A DNA stretch of 32,000 bases. Origin: Raphidiopsis brookii D9 (GTDB lineage Bacteria; Cyanobacteriota; Cyanobacteriia; Cyanobacteriales; Nostocaceae). Every line of letters begins with the position of its first letter. Position 1 is the stretch's first letter. This document shows positions 1 to 9,943 of the stretch, one piece after another. Position numbers and translations under genes: made by a program. The stretch lies in NCBI GenBank assembly GCA_000175855.1, contig ACYB01000020.1, positions 95,753-127,752 on the forward strand. Direction: 5' to 3'. The notes below the pieces were generated by a model. That model worked only from the letters and a program-made list of their open reading frames with translations, made no database searches and had not been told where the DNA came from.

Positions 1-14
1 ATCTCCATTGAGAA

Positions 15-989
15 ATGTTGCATAATGTAAAGATACCGTTAGCGAAAGAAATCATGCAGACCGTTACACTTGGCGACCGCGGACCTAGCGTTAGTGCTTT
101 AGGGATGGGGACTTGGGCTTGGGGAGATACGCTTTTTTGGGCTTATGGCAAATCCTTTGGAGAGTCGGAGGTAGCAGCAGCATTTCAGGCATCCTTGGCA
201 GCAGGGATTACCTTTTTTGATACGGCGGAGATCTATGGTTTTGGAGAATCAGAACGGCTACTCGGCCAGTTTTGTCAGCAAACCCAGCAGCCGGTTCAAA
301 TTGCGACCAAGTATTTTCCCTTGCCCTGGCGCTGGAATCGAGTCGCGATCGTCGATGCCTTAACAGCCAGTTTAGACCGCCTACGAATGTCGCGAATTTG
401 CCTGTATCAAATCCATTGGCCCTTGGAATTTTTGCTGAAAACCCAAGACTTTATGGAAGTGTTAGCGGCGGAGGTTAAAAAAGGACGCATCCAAGCCGTA
501 GGAGTTAGTAACTATGGGGCGAAACAAATGACCCTCGCCCATGAGTATCTGGCGGCAAAAGGTATTCCCCTAGCGACCAATCAAGTCCCCTATTCCTTAT
601 TGACGAGACAAATTGAGAGCAACGGCATTCTCGACCAAGCTCGTCAATTGGGCGTAACCATTCTCGCCTACAGTCCCTTAGCGCAAGGACTACTCACAGG
701 CAAATATACCCCCGAAACTGCTCCCAGTTTGCAAGGCGCACGCCGTCTTGATCCCCGCTTCAGTCCCCAAGGGCTGAAAAAACTAGCTCCCCTAATTTCT
801 GCCCTCCAACAAATTGGAGAAAAATATGACAAAACCCCGGCCCAGGTATCTTTAAATTGGTTGATTGCCCAGGGAAATGTCATCCCTATTCCTGGGGCGA
901 AGAATGCCAACCAAGCTAAGCAAAATGCGGGAGCTTTGGGATGGTTGTTGAGTCCAGAAGAGGTGGAAAGCCTAGGTACAATTGTTTGA
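15..989 (+). CDS. Aldo/keto reductase family oxidoreductase
   Basis: 324-aa ORF with AKR hallmarks: GMGTWAWG, FFDTAEIYGFGESERLLG, YQIHWP, GVSNYG, PYSLLTR, YSPLAQGLLTGKY, IPIPGAKNANQA. Confidence 0.93.
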   Translation: MLHNVKIPLAKEIMQTVTLGDRGPSVSALGMGTWAWGDTLFWAYGKSFGESEVAAAFQASLAAGITFFDTAEIYGFGESERLLGQFCQQTQQPVQIATKYFPLPWRWNRVAIVDALTASLDRLRMSRICLYQIHWPLEFLLKTQDFMEVLAAEVKKGRIQAVGVSNYGAKQMTLAHEYLAAKGIPLATNQVPYSLLTRQIESNGILDQARQLGVTILAYSPLAQGLLTGKYTPETAPSLQGARRLDPRFSPQGLKKLAPLISALQQIGEKYDKTPAQVSLNWLIAQGNVIPIPGAKNANQAKQNAGALGWLLSPEEVESLGTIV

Positions 990-1030
990 TTGTGCATATC
1001 AATCATAAACCTTGAGATAGGTTACACACC

Positions 1031-1922
1031 ATGAGCGAATACCAATACTATGAATTCCAAGCTATCGATCGCCCCCTAACCCCAAGACGAAAGAGCGGCC
1101 ATCAGCCAGCTATCGAGCCGCGTCAAGCCAACGGCGACGAGCGCCAGTTTTACCTACAGTTACGGCGATTTTCATGGCGATCCCAAACAAGTGCTGGCTC
1201 AGTATTTCGATATTATGTACTACATCGCCAACTGGGGGACGCAGCAATTAATGTTTCGTTTTCCCAAATCCCTCATTTCCCAAAAAGCAATTGAACCTTG
1301 CTGTATTGATAATTGTATCAGCTTATCTTTTGTGGGAGATTGGGCAATTTTAGATTGGGAGTTTAGTCAAGAAGAAGGTTTTGATTACTGGATAAAAGGA
1401 GAAGGGATTCTGTCCGAATTGATAGGATTACGCCAAGAAATTCTCCAGCAAGACTATCGAGGATTATATTTAGCCTGGCTTAAAGCTATTGCCTTATCTG
1501 AGGAATATATAGACATCGATAATACCCAACTAGAACCTCCTCTACCCCCGGGGCTAAATCAACTTTCTCCATCTCAAAAAGCTTTTGTAGAAATCTTTGA
1601 TTTGGACGAAAACTTATTAAATGTTGCTTGTGCATCTAGTGGTCAGCCAACAACTATCTCTGAGCAAGTTTGGCAACAAGCTATTACCAAATTATCGGCT
1701 TCTGAATGCCAAGATTTCTTATTGCGATTGTTGAAAGAAGAATCTAATTTATCCGCTAAATTTAAACGAAGGCTATCTCAATTAATCCCTCCTTCTCCTG
1801 CTTCTAACCAGCCTCGACGCACAATCCAAGAACTTCTTGAGGCTAGTTCTGAAGAAGGAAAAAAGGCAGAAAAACGGCAACAAAAAAGAAGCAGAAGCCA
1901 ATTCAGGAAGTCGAGTCCCTAA
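1031..1922 (+). pseudogene. Conserved cyanobacterial-type hypothetical protein, interrupted by an apparent +1 frameshift at about 1084-1085
   Basis: ORFs 1031..1294 and 1191..1922 overlap in different frames. Removing one A at 1084/1085 joins MSEYQYYEFQAIDRPLTP to DERAAISQLSSRVKPTATSASFTYSYGDFHGDPKQVLAQYFDIMYY..., giving one continuous frame of about 296 aa. Confidence 0.75.
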
Positions 1923-2126
1923 TTCATAAAGGTTCACGGGAAGCTCAACGGGGCGATCGCTCTGTGAAAGCCGAGTCTCGCTGAGAGCGACAATCCCATC
2001 ATTGACCTCAAAACCAAAAGGACTCCCAAAACCACGAAACCCTTCCGTAATCAACAAAACTTTTATCATTTATCTAAGATAATTCCGAATTTTAGTCTAG
2101 CCTGAAATCGGAAGCCTTGAAAACAG

Positions 2127-2200
2127 GGCGAACGATGGGACTTGAACCCACGAGTGGTGGAACCACAATCCACTGCCTTAACCACTTGGCTACGCTCGCC
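2127..2200 (-). tRNA. tRNA-His (anticodon GTG)
   Basis: Reverse complement GGCGAGCGTAGCCAAGTGGTTAAGGCAGTGGATTGTGGTTCCACCACTCGTGGGTTCGAACCCATCGTTCGCC folds as a cloverleaf. It has anticodon loop TTGTGGT, T-loop GGTTCGAACC, and a G-1 opposite C73 typical of tRNA-His. No CCA is encoded. Confidence 0.93.
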
Positions 2201-2304
2201 ACTAACTCTTCTAAATTAACACGACCAGATGAAAAAGATCAAGTTCCTTAGTAAAAATTCATCTTTTTTGTTAAATTAATCGGAAAGTACCTATTTTCCT
2301 TGAT

Positions 2305-2685
2305 ATGAAACTCTCTGTGATCATCACATCTCTAAGTGTACTGGCAATAGCCGGTTTGGGAGTAACTATGGCCCATAGCAATCCTAGGGAAGTAACTTAT
2401 CAGGAATACGCAGTGAAAAAAATAACTACTGTCCTCAAGACTGATGGTTGTCAGAAAGTGCCGATTTTCTTGCGCAACCTGGTTAAGTTTGACTGTAACC
2501 AGCTGGTTGATTCCGCTAAGTCACAGATTAGGGATGTGGTGGTTTCTACTACAAAAAGACAAAACTATGTTTTGATGAGTATATATATCACCAACTTAAA
2601 AATTCATGACTCCCTACCAGGTTACACTTTTGAGACCCTAGGGGCCTTCAATAGTTTTTACACTTACAGAGTAAAACAGGAGTAG
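2305..2685 (+). CDS. Hypothetical small exported protein
   Basis: 126-aa ORF with an N-terminal hydrophobic signal-like segment (MKLSVIITSLSVLAIAGLGVTMAHS). Confidence 0.6.
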   Translation: MKLSVIITSLSVLAIAGLGVTMAHSNPREVTYQEYAVKKITTVLKTDGCQKVPIFLRNLVKFDCNQLVDSAKSQIRDVVVSTTKRQNYVLMSIYITNLKIHDSLPGYTFETLGAFNSFYTYRVKQE

Positions 2686-2696
2686 GAAGAAATAAT

Positions 2697-2885
2697 TTAT
2701 ACATTTACGGTGATGCTCTCAATTTGTTTAGCCGCTTTTTCCCATTGTTTAGCAGTATCTTCATCTTGCCAGTGAGTGCGGAGGTTTTCCGCTTTTTTAT
2801 GGCAAATTCGTTCTAAGATCTCTAAAACTGCCGCCAGTGTGAGTTCATCAACCAAATGTTCTATAGCGTGGGTTGGTTCATTCAT
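2697..2885 (-). CDS. Hypothetical small protein
   Basis: 62-aa ORF with charged, protein-like composition (LAAVLEILERICHKKAENLRTHWQDEDTAKQWEKAA). Fits between neighbouring genes without conflict. Confidence 0.5.
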   Translation of the reverse strand: MNEPTHAIEHLVDELTLAAVLEILERICHKKAENLRTHWQDEDTAKQWEKAAKQIESITVNV

Positions 2886-2922
2886 AAAAACCTCTTGTAA
2901 AGTATAAAATCTATAAGATCTA

Positions 2923-3654
2923 ATGTCATCTGCTTACCTTTTAGTATCCCACGGTAGTAAGGACTCTCGACCAAACTTAGCCACAGAAGAACTGGCAAGG
3001 TTATTGTTTGAGAAACTAACCGCTGGAGAAGATCCAGAAAAGCACCTAGTAGGTGTAGGCACTTTAGAATTCAATAGTCAGCCATTAAGTGGACAAATAA
3101 AGGACTTTGCCCAAAGGGCTGTGGTTTGTGATTGCAAGTCTATTAAAGTCATACCTTTGTTTCTCTTACCGGGAGTCCACCTGATGTCAGATCTTCCCAT
3201 GGAGGTGAAACTGGCTCAAGATTCTCTGGGGAATGACCGCCCCATTAAAATTAAACCATATTTAGGTAGTCATGCCATGATGGGGAAATTATTGGCTCTG
3301 GGAATGGCTCAAATATCAGCAGAAGCATTCATTCTTTTAGCCCATGGTAGTAGGCGTGCAAATTCTCATCACCCCGTAGAAACGATTGCCAACCAGTTAG
3401 GTGCATTTAGTGCCTACTGGTCAGTTCCCCCCAGCTTGGAAGCTAGAGTCATAGACCTGGTGAGTGCTGGTTATCAACATGTTGGCATCTTACCATACTT
3501 TCTCTTTTCCGGAGGGATTACGGATGAGATTGCCATTATGGTGGAAAGGTTAACATTAAAATTTCCAGAAATCAAGTTAGAGTTGGCCTCACCTTTGGGA
3601 GTAACTTCCCAATTAGTTGATATAATCTGGGACTTAGCAACACAAGAGGAATAA
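2923..3654 (+). CDS. Sirohydrochlorin chelatase (CbiX/SirB family)
   Basis: LLVSHGSKDSRP near the N-terminus and a second half with FILLAHGSRR. Directly upstream of the uroporphyrinogen-III methyltransferase. Confidence 0.85.
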   Translation: MSSAYLLVSHGSKDSRPNLATEELARLLFEKLTAGEDPEKHLVGVGTLEFNSQPLSGQIKDFAQRAVVCDCKSIKVIPLFLLPGVHLMSDLPMEVKLAQDSLGNDRPIKIKPYLGSHAMMGKLLALGMAQISAEAFILLAHGSRRANSHHPVETIANQLGAFSAYWSVPPSLEARVIDLVSAGYQHVGILPYFLFSGGITDEIAIMVERLTLKFPEIKLELASPLGVTSQLVDIIWDLATQEE

Positions 3655-3658
3655 ATTT

Positions 3659-4411
3659 TTGGGTAAGGTGTATTTAGTTGGTGCTGGACCTGGTGATCCA
3701 GGACTGATGACTCTCAAGGGTAAGGGTTTATTAGAACGTGCTAACGTGGTTGTCTATGATGCGTTAGTTAGTCCACAGGTTTTGGACATGATTAGTCCCC
3801 ACGCGGAAAAAATAGATGCTGGTAAGCGAATGGGAAGACATTCACTCTTACAAGAGGAAACTACTCAACTACTGATAGAAAAAGCCCAAGAACATGAAAT
3901 TGTCGTGCGATTGAAGGGAGGCGACCCTTTTATTTTTGGGCGTGGTGGCGAGGAAATGGCTGAGTTGATAGCTGGGGGAATTAGCGTAGAAGTTGTTCCA
4001 GGGATTACCGCTGGTATTGCAGCACCAGCTTATGCTGGCATTCCCTTGACCCATCGTCTTTATAGTTCTTCTGTGACATTTGTTACTGGACATGAAGCCA
4101 TGGGTAAGTACAGACCAGCGGTCAATTGGCAAGCAATTGCCCAAAGTTCGGAAACTATTGTAATTTATATGGGTATACACAATCTTCCCTATATCCTGGA
4201 ACAGTTGATGGGGGTAGGAATGAGTTCACAAACTCCTATTGCTTTAGTTCGCTGGGGAACTCGTCCGGAACAGGAGGAATTAATCGGTGAGTTGGGAACT
4301 ATTATTCAACAAGTGGCAAAAACGGGATTTAGCGCTCCAGCTATAGCTGTTATTGGCTCAGTAGTAAAAATGCACGGTGTTTTATCCGTTCTCCAGGGAG
4401 TTTTAAATTGA
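3659..4411 (+). CDS. cobA: Uroporphyrinogen-III C-methyltransferase
   Basis: VYLVGAGPGDPGLMTLKG, VVRLKGGDPFIFGRGGEE, VVPGITAGIAAPAYAGIPLTHR motifs. TTG start at 3659, 4 nt after the upstream stop. Confidence 0.93.
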   Translation: MGKVYLVGAGPGDPGLMTLKGKGLLERANVVVYDALVSPQVLDMISPHAEKIDAGKRMGRHSLLQEETTQLLIEKAQEHEIVVRLKGGDPFIFGRGGEEMAELIAGGISVEVVPGITAGIAAPAYAGIPLTHRLYSSSVTFVTGHEAMGKYRPAVNWQAIAQSSETIVIYMGIHNLPYILEQLMGVGMSSQTPIALVRWGTRPEQEELIGELGTIIQQVAKTGFSAPAIAVIGSVVKMHGVLSVLQGVLN

Positions 4412-4448
4412 CCGGGTTCTAGAAGGACTAAAAACTTGCAAACAGCTA

Positions 4449-5420
4449 TTGGTAGAGTTATTGGCAATTTTCACTAAATATACTAAATTATTGTGGATTG
4501 TGGTTAAAATTCATCTTTCTATTACCCAAAAAACCCAACGATTAGACCGTTATTTGTCATCTGTAATACCAGACCTATCTCGTTCTCGAATCCAAGACCT
4601 AATTGAACAAGGTTATGTTCAGGTAAATGGAAAAGTCTGTTACTCCAAGAACATTACCTTGGATGGGGGAGAGTATCTGGAAGTAGAAGTTCCCCCAGTA
4701 CAAGCTGCTCAACTAGTAGCACAAGATATTCCCCTAGATATTCTCTACGAAGATGAACAATTACTAATTCTCAATAAACCCGCAGGTTTAGTGGTTCATC
4801 CAGCACCTGGTCATTTAGAAGGTACGTTGGTTCATGCTCTGTTGGCTCACTGTCCCAATTTACCAGGAATTGGAGGTGTGCAGCGTCCAGGTATTGTACA
4901 TAGGCTTGACAAAGATACCACAGGGGCAATTGCCATTGCAAAAACAGACATTGCTTACAAACAATTACAATTACAATTACAATCTAAGACGGCAAGAAGG
5001 GAATATTTAGGAGTAGTTTATGGTGCGCCTAAAAGTGAAAGTGGGACAATGGACCTACCCATTGGTCGTCACCCTCAGCAGCGGAAAAAAATGGCCATAG
5101 TTCCAGTAGAGCAGGGAGGTAGAAATGCAATTACTAACTGGTACATTAAAGAAAGATTAGGTAATTATACACTAATTCATTTTCAACTAGAAACTGGGCG
5201 TACCCATCAAATTAGAGTGCATAGTGCCAAAATGGGTCATCCTATAGTCGGGGATCCGGTATATAGTTCTGGTCGTTCCGTGGGGGTAAACTTGCCAGGA
5301 CAAGCGTTGCATGCTTGGCAACTGAAACTACAACATCCCACTTCTGGAAAATGGGTAGAAGTGACCGCTCCACTTCCTGATAGCTTGACAAAATTAATCG
5401 AGGTTTTACGTCGACGCTGA
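4449..5420 (+). CDS. RluA/RluD-family 23S rRNA pseudouridine synthase (true start probably near 4500)
   Basis: S4-like N-terminus (RLDRYLSSVIPDLSRSRIQDLIEQGYVQVNG), LNKPAGLVVHPAPGH, GIVHRLDKDTTGAIAIAK, LETGRTHQIRVH. Confidence 0.92.
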   Translation: MVELLAIFTKYTKLLWIVVKIHLSITQKTQRLDRYLSSVIPDLSRSRIQDLIEQGYVQVNGKVCYSKNITLDGGEYLEVEVPPVQAAQLVAQDIPLDILYEDEQLLILNKPAGLVVHPAPGHLEGTLVHALLAHCPNLPGIGGVQRPGIVHRLDKDTTGAIAIAKTDIAYKQLQLQLQSKTARREYLGVVYGAPKSESGTMDLPIGRHPQQRKKMAIVPVEQGGRNAITNWYIKERLGNYTLIHFQLETGRTHQIRVHSAKMGHPIVGDPVYSSGRSVGVNLPGQALHAWQLKLQHPTSGKWVEVTAPLPDSLTKLIEVLRRR

Positions 5421-5589
5421 AAGATTGGCTAAAGATGAAGGAATATGGCGAAATATCTCGAAATGTAAAATTTATAATGTCTAGTTCACATTAGTTAATA
5501 ATGATCACCCTATCCAGGCAAGCCAGGAACATCAATCCAGTTCAGTCTTGGTAGATTTTTGCAGAATTCTTAAATTATTATGAAGAGGA

Positions 5590-5608
5590 CAGAGTTTGTC
5601 AAACTCTG
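5590..5608. repeat. Perfect 9-bp inverted repeat around a 1-nt centre, upstream of cpcB
   Basis: CAGAGTTTG-T-CAAACTCTG read directly in the sequence. Confidence 0.7.
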
Positions 5609-5995
5609 GAAACTTCATGAAGTTGTGTAACAAACTCGAGAAACTTTTAGGGTATCTAAGACTTGTAGATAAAGGATTTCAGAGGTTTTCTCTCTCCTGA
5701 CTCATTTTATTCATAAATTGTAACAAATAAAGTATCTATGGCATTGTATAAACTAATCAGAAAGGGGTTCAAAACCAGAGCAAAGTTAAATAAGACAACC
5801 AATCGGGTTGAGTTAGCTGGCTTCTCATAAAATTCCCTGTGGTTCTCAGAATTTCAGTCTAGAGCTAGATGAAACACCAAGACACAGGAGATAGAGAGTA
5901 AGGTTAGCACTAATGAGCTTAAAGTTTTTGATCATTCATCCCCGGTTGTTCTGATCAGCCCATCTCTCAACTAAGTAATTAGGAGATTAGAGTCC

Positions 5996-6517
5996 ATGAC
6001 ATTAGATGTATTTTCCAAGGTTGTTTCCCAAGCTGACGCCAGAGGCGAATTTTTGAGCACTGAACAGTTAGACGCTTTGACAGCAGTTGTAGCTTCCGGC
6101 AGCAAACGTCTAGACACTGTTAACCGTATTACAAGCAATGCTTCTGCTATCGTTACCGATGCTGCTCGTGCACTGTTTGAAGAACAGCCCCAACTAATTG
6201 CTCCTGGTGGTAATGCTTACACCAACCGTCGCATGGCTGCTTGTCTGCGAGATATGGAAATCATCTTACGCTATGTTACCTACGCTGCATTAGCTGGTGA
6301 CGCTAGTGTTCTCGATGACCGTTGCTTGAATGGCTTACGCGAAACCTATATAGCTTTGGGTACTCCTGGTGCATCCGTAGCTGTTGGTGTTGGCAAAATG
6401 AAAGAAGCTGCAATCAAGATAGTTAACGATCCCAATGGTATTACCAAGGGTGATTGCAGTCAGATAGTTTCTGAATTGGCTGGCTACTTTGATCGTGCAG
6501 CAGCAGCTGTTGCATAG
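5996..6517 (+). CDS. cpcB: C-phycocyanin beta subunit
   Basis: 173 aa, [21 protein letters not shown]...[21 protein letters not shown]...[12 protein letters not shown]; typical CpcB. Confidence 0.98.
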   Translation: MTLDVFSKVVSQADARGEFLSTEQLDALTAVVASGSKRLDTVNRITSNASAIVTDAARALFEEQPQLIAPGGNAYTNRRMAACLRDMEIILRYVTYAALAGDASVLDDRCLNGLRETYIALGTPGASVAVGVGKMKEAAIKIVNDPNGITKGDCSQIVSELAGYFDRAAAAVA

Positions 6518-6630
6518 TCCATTACCTATTCAGTCAACTAGTCAACTACAAGTAGTTCAGAAGCTAGAAATCCTAGTTCTGCTTTATTACTCCCAATAAG
6601 ATACGAAACCAATCAAGGAGAAAATTAACC

Positions 6631-7119
6631 ATGAAAACCCCCATTACCGAAGCTATTGCAGCTGCTGATACCCAAGGACGCTTTTTGAGCAATACTGAAT
6701 TACAAGCAGTTAACGGTCGTTTTGTACGTGCTGCTGCCAGCATGGAAGCCGCCCGTGGTTTAACAGCTAATGCTCAAAAATTAATTGATGGTGCTACTAA
6801 CGCCGTATACCAAAAGTTCCCCTACACCACTTCCACCCCCGGCGCTCAGTATGCTGCTGATGCTCGTGGTAAATCCAAGTGCGCTCGTGACGTTGGTCAC
6901 TACCTCCGCATTGTTACTTATAGCTTAGTTGCTGGTGGCACAGGTCCCTTGGATGAGTTCCTGATTGCTGGTTTGGCTGAAATTAACGGTGCTTTTAACC
7001 TATCTCCCAGCTGGTATGTGGAAGCTTTAAAATATATCAAAGCTAACCATGGATTGGGTGGTCAAGCTGCTAATGAAGCTAATACCTACATTGACTACGC
7101 TATCAACGCTCTAAGCTAG
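6631..7119 (+). CDS. cpcA: C-phycocyanin alpha subunit
   Basis: 162 aa, [25 protein letters not shown]...[20 protein letters not shown]...[19 protein letters not shown]. Confidence 0.98.
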   Translation: MKTPITEAIAAADTQGRFLSNTELQAVNGRFVRAAASMEAARGLTANAQKLIDGATNAVYQKFPYTTSTPGAQYAADARGKSKCARDVGHYLRIVTYSLVAGGTGPLDEFLIAGLAEINGAFNLSPSWYVEALKYIKANHGLGGQAANEANTYIDYAINALS

Positions 7120-7128
7120 ATAGATCCT

Positions 7129-7252
7129 TGCCCGGAGAGGGGTACAAGTGCTGGATGAGAAGATCCCTTTGGGGTTTATTCAGTTGTGCGTAGGGAAGTG
7201 AGATTCCTGCGGGTAGACTGAATCACCTAGCAGTTGAATCTCGCTCCGGGCA
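7129..7252 (+). promoter_or_regulatory. Candidate long-range RNA stem in the cpcA-cpcC intercistronic region
   Basis: TGCCCGGAG (7129-7137) is the exact reverse complement of CTCCGGGCA (7244-7252), bracketing about 106 nt of non-coding sequence. Confidence 0.5.
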
Positions 7253-7289
7253 TAGCTTTATGTGTAGATGTGTAACCAAGGGGAAAACA

Positions 7290-8150
7290 ATGGCAATTAC
7301 AACAGCAGCGTCTAGACTGGGAACAGAACCATTTAGTGAAGCGCGTCGGGTTGAGCTGCGCCCCAGTGCCAGTCGCGAAGAGGTGGAATTGGTTATTAGA
7401 ACGGCCTATCGGCAAGTATTAGGCAATGACTATATACTGGCATCAGATAGACTTGTCAGTGCGGAGTCGCTTTTGCGTGATGGCAATTTGACCGTTCGTG
7501 AGTTTGTAAGAGCGATCGCTAAATCTGAACTTTACAAAGTCAAGTTCTTCTATAACAGTTTTCAGACCAGACTGATAGAGCTGAACTATAAACATCTGTT
7601 GGGTAGAGCTCCATTGGATGAGTCAGAAGTGGTATACCACTTAGACTTGTATAACAACAAGGGATACGATGCAGAAATCGACTCTTACATAGATTCAGTG
7701 GAGTATCAAAACAACTTTGGAGAAAATATAGTTCCCTACTATAGGGGGTTTGACTTTCAACCAGGGCAAACCAGTGTGGGATTTACACGGATGTTTCGAT
7801 TATACCGTGGATATGCCAACAGCGACACAGCCCAGGTAGAGGGGAGCAAATCCAGATTAGCCAGGGAACTTGCTGGTAAGAAAGCATCTTCCATAGTTGG
7901 TCCATCAGGGAGTAATGACAACTGGTCATTCCGTCCATCAGCAGACAATGCTCCCAAACAGAATTTGGGTAATGCTGTGGGCCAATCTGATCGCGTTTAC
8001 CGAATTGAAGTAGCAGGCATTCGCAGTCCAGGATACCCCAGCGTGCGCCGCAGCAGCACAGCCTTTATAGTACCTTACGAGCGTCTTTCTGACAAGATCC
8101 AGCAAATTCACAAACAAGGTGGAAAAATTGTCAGTATTACAGCCACGTAA
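7290..8150 (+). CDS. cpcC: Phycobilisome rod linker, phycocyanin-associated (ATG at 7290 preferred over 7260)
   Basis: N-terminal linker domain ([21 protein letters not shown]...[42 protein letters not shown]) plus C-terminal CpcD-like domain ([15 protein letters not shown]...[26 protein letters not shown]). Confidence 0.95.
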   Translation: MAITTAASRLGTEPFSEARRVELRPSASREEVELVIRTAYRQVLGNDYILASDRLVSAESLLRDGNLTVREFVRAIAKSELYKVKFFYNSFQTRLIELNYKHLLGRAPLDESEVVYHLDLYNNKGYDAEIDSYIDSVEYQNNFGENIVPYYRGFDFQPGQTSVGFTRMFRLYRGYANSDTAQVEGSKSRLARELAGKKASSIVGPSGSNDNWSFRPSADNAPKQNLGNAVGQSDRVYRIEVAGIRSPGYPSVRRSSTAFIVPYERLSDKIQQIHKQGGKIVSITAT

Positions 8151-8193
8151 GATAAGTAGTTGATATTACCCATCAAGAGGAGATAGAGAGGTA

Positions 8194-8436
8194 ATGTTTG
8201 GTCAGACAACACTAGGTGCTAGTAGCGTTTCTTCATCTGCAAGTCGTGTATTTCGTTACGAAGTTGTAGGGTTGAAACAAAACCAAGAAACGGACAAGAA
8301 CAAATTCAGTATCAGACGCAGTGGTAGTGTGTTTATTACCGTGCCCTACAGTCGGATGACAGAGGAAATGCAGCGGATCAACCGACTGGGTGGCAAAATC
8401 GTCAAAATTGAAGCCCTGACAGCAGCAGAATCCTAA
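8194..8436 (+). CDS. cpcD: Phycocyanin rod-capping linker
   Basis: 80 aa, single CpcD domain (RVFRYEVVGLKQN...SGSVFITVPYSRMTEEMQRINRLGGKIVKIEAL), correct operon position. Confidence 0.95.
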   Translation: MFGQTTLGASSVSSSASRVFRYEVVGLKQNQETDKNKFSIRRSGSVFITVPYSRMTEEMQRINRLGGKIVKIEALTAAES

Positions 8437-8443
8437 AGTCCTG

Positions 8444-9271
8444 GTGATGATAGAACCCAGTATATCCGAAGTATCTCCGGAAAGTGGGGCACAGTTGACA
8501 CCAGATCAAGCCATAGCTAATCTGCAATCATCGGATTTAAGTCTCCGCTATTATGCCGCCTGGTGGTTGGGTAAGTTCCGTATTAATCGGACAGAAGCTG
8601 TAGAGGCGCTAATCGAAGCCTTAACAGATGAAGCTGATAGAACGGAGTTGGGGGGGTATCCACTCCGACGCAATGCAGCCAGATCCCTAGGCAAATTAGG
8701 GAGTTCCCAGGCCATAGAGGGATTGATTAGTTCCTTAAACTGTGAAGACTTTTATGTGCGAGAAGCAGCAGCTGAGTCCTTAGCCATGCTTAACGCCAAA
8801 ACCGCAGTACCAGAACTGATAAAAATGCTAGATGGGGGTTTGGCCCAAGCTGTGCAAGTGCCAGGTCGTCCCCATCTAGTTCAACCTTATGAAGCAGTAT
8901 TAGAGGCTTTAGGTTCTCTTGGTGCGACTGAGGCCATTAGTCTAGTTGAACCCTTTTTAGAGCATTCCGTTCCCCGGGTAAAATGTGCCGCTGCTAGGGC
9001 CATGTATCAACTCACCCAAGATTCCCAATATGGGGAATACCTGGTGGAAATGCTAGGAAGCAGCGACCTGAAATTGCAAAGGGTGATTTTGGGTGATTTG
9101 GGGGCAATTGGCTATATGGGTGCTGCAGAGGCAATTTTCCAAGCCAAGGCGGAAAATAGCTTTAAACTCATGGCATTGAAGGGATTGTTGGAACATCATT
9201 TAAAAGATGTGTCACAAAGTATTTCTGAGTCAGCAATTCTAGTCATGAATCTTATGGACTCGCTTTTATAA
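8444..9271 (+). CDS. cpcE: Phycocyanobilin lyase subunit CpcE (HEAT-like repeats)
   Basis: Repeated HEAT-like units (LRYYAAWWLGKFR, RRNAARSLGKLGSSQAIEGLI, YVREAAAESLAML) and position between cpcD and cpcF. Confidence 0.92.
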   Translation: MMIEPSISEVSPESGAQLTPDQAIANLQSSDLSLRYYAAWWLGKFRINRTEAVEALIEALTDEADRTELGGYPLRRNAARSLGKLGSSQAIEGLISSLNCEDFYVREAAAESLAMLNAKTAVPELIKMLDGGLAQAVQVPGRPHLVQPYEAVLEALGSLGATEAISLVEPFLEHSVPRVKCAAARAMYQLTQDSQYGEYLVEMLGSSDLKLQRVILGDLGAIGYMGAAEAIFQAKAENSFKLMALKGLLEHHLKDVSQSISESAILVMNLMDSLL

Positions 9272-9921
9272 TGACCCAGGAATTAATTGGTGAATTGGGT
9301 GGGATGGGTCAATTAAATCAGTTAATTGACGCAGTTAATCAGGCTCAAACGCCACTTGAAATGGTAACAGCAGTCAAAAACCTAGCTGCTGCCAAAAGTC
9401 CCGCTGCTATTGCCACCCTAATTGCCGTCTTTGGCTATAATAACCCACCAGCAGCAGGACTAGCCCTAGCCGCACTTACCGACTTAGGAACAGTAGCAGT
9501 TCCCAGCCTGCTCGCACAAATAGATGATTATAACTATGGCGCACGGGCTTATTCGATTCGCACTCTAGCAGCGATCGCAGATCCCCGTGCTTTAGACGTA
9601 TTGATCACTGCTGGGGTGACAGATTTTGCACCCAGTGTACGTCGTGCTGCGGCTAAAGGGCTAGGAAACTTAAACTGGTCCCAATTGGGGGATAATGAAC
9701 GTGATTTAGGTATAGAACGAGCTTTGGAGGCACTATTGTTAATTTACCAGGATACAGACTGGTCAATTCGGTATGCAGCCATTGTAGGACTGGAATACCT
9801 AGGAAAAACCAGGAGGGAGACAGTTTTGAACAAATTCCGAGAAATGATAGCTAATGAGGAAGAAAAAAGCATCAGGATCCGGATTCAATTGGCGACCAGT
9901 AAGGTAACTAGAGATAATTAA
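9271..9921 (+). CDS. cpcF: Phycocyanobilin lyase subunit CpcF (HEAT-like repeats)
   Basis: HEAT-like repeats, 1-nt stop/start overlap with cpcE (TAATG), canonical operon order. Confidence 0.92.
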   Translation: MTQELIGELGGMGQLNQLIDAVNQAQTPLEMVTAVKNLAAAKSPAAIATLIAVFGYNNPPAAGLALAALTDLGTVAVPSLLAQIDDYNYGARAYSIRTLAAIADPRALDVLITAGVTDFAPSVRRAAAKGLGNLNWSQLGDNERDLGIERALEALLLIYQDTDWSIRYAAIVGLEYLGKTRRETVLNKFREMIANEEEKSIRIRIQLATSKVTRDN

Positions 9922-9943
9922 GGACGATTAAAAAGGTAAAAAG

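Noticed and set aside
272-478. ORF inside the aldo/keto reductase gene
   Set aside because: Alternate frame of a clearly coding gene, low-complexity translation. The same applies to 668..1006(-), 3869..4180, 7227..7415, 7757..7957, 10533..10721, 16342..16536, 16714..16896, 17037..17228, 18353..18658, 21377..21559, 23794..24015, 24019..24204, 25742..25927, 27367..27576, 31481..31726 and 31746..31994.
1782-2069. 95-aa minus-strand ORF
   Set aside because: Overlaps the end of the restored conserved gene antisense. The translation has no recognisable domain.
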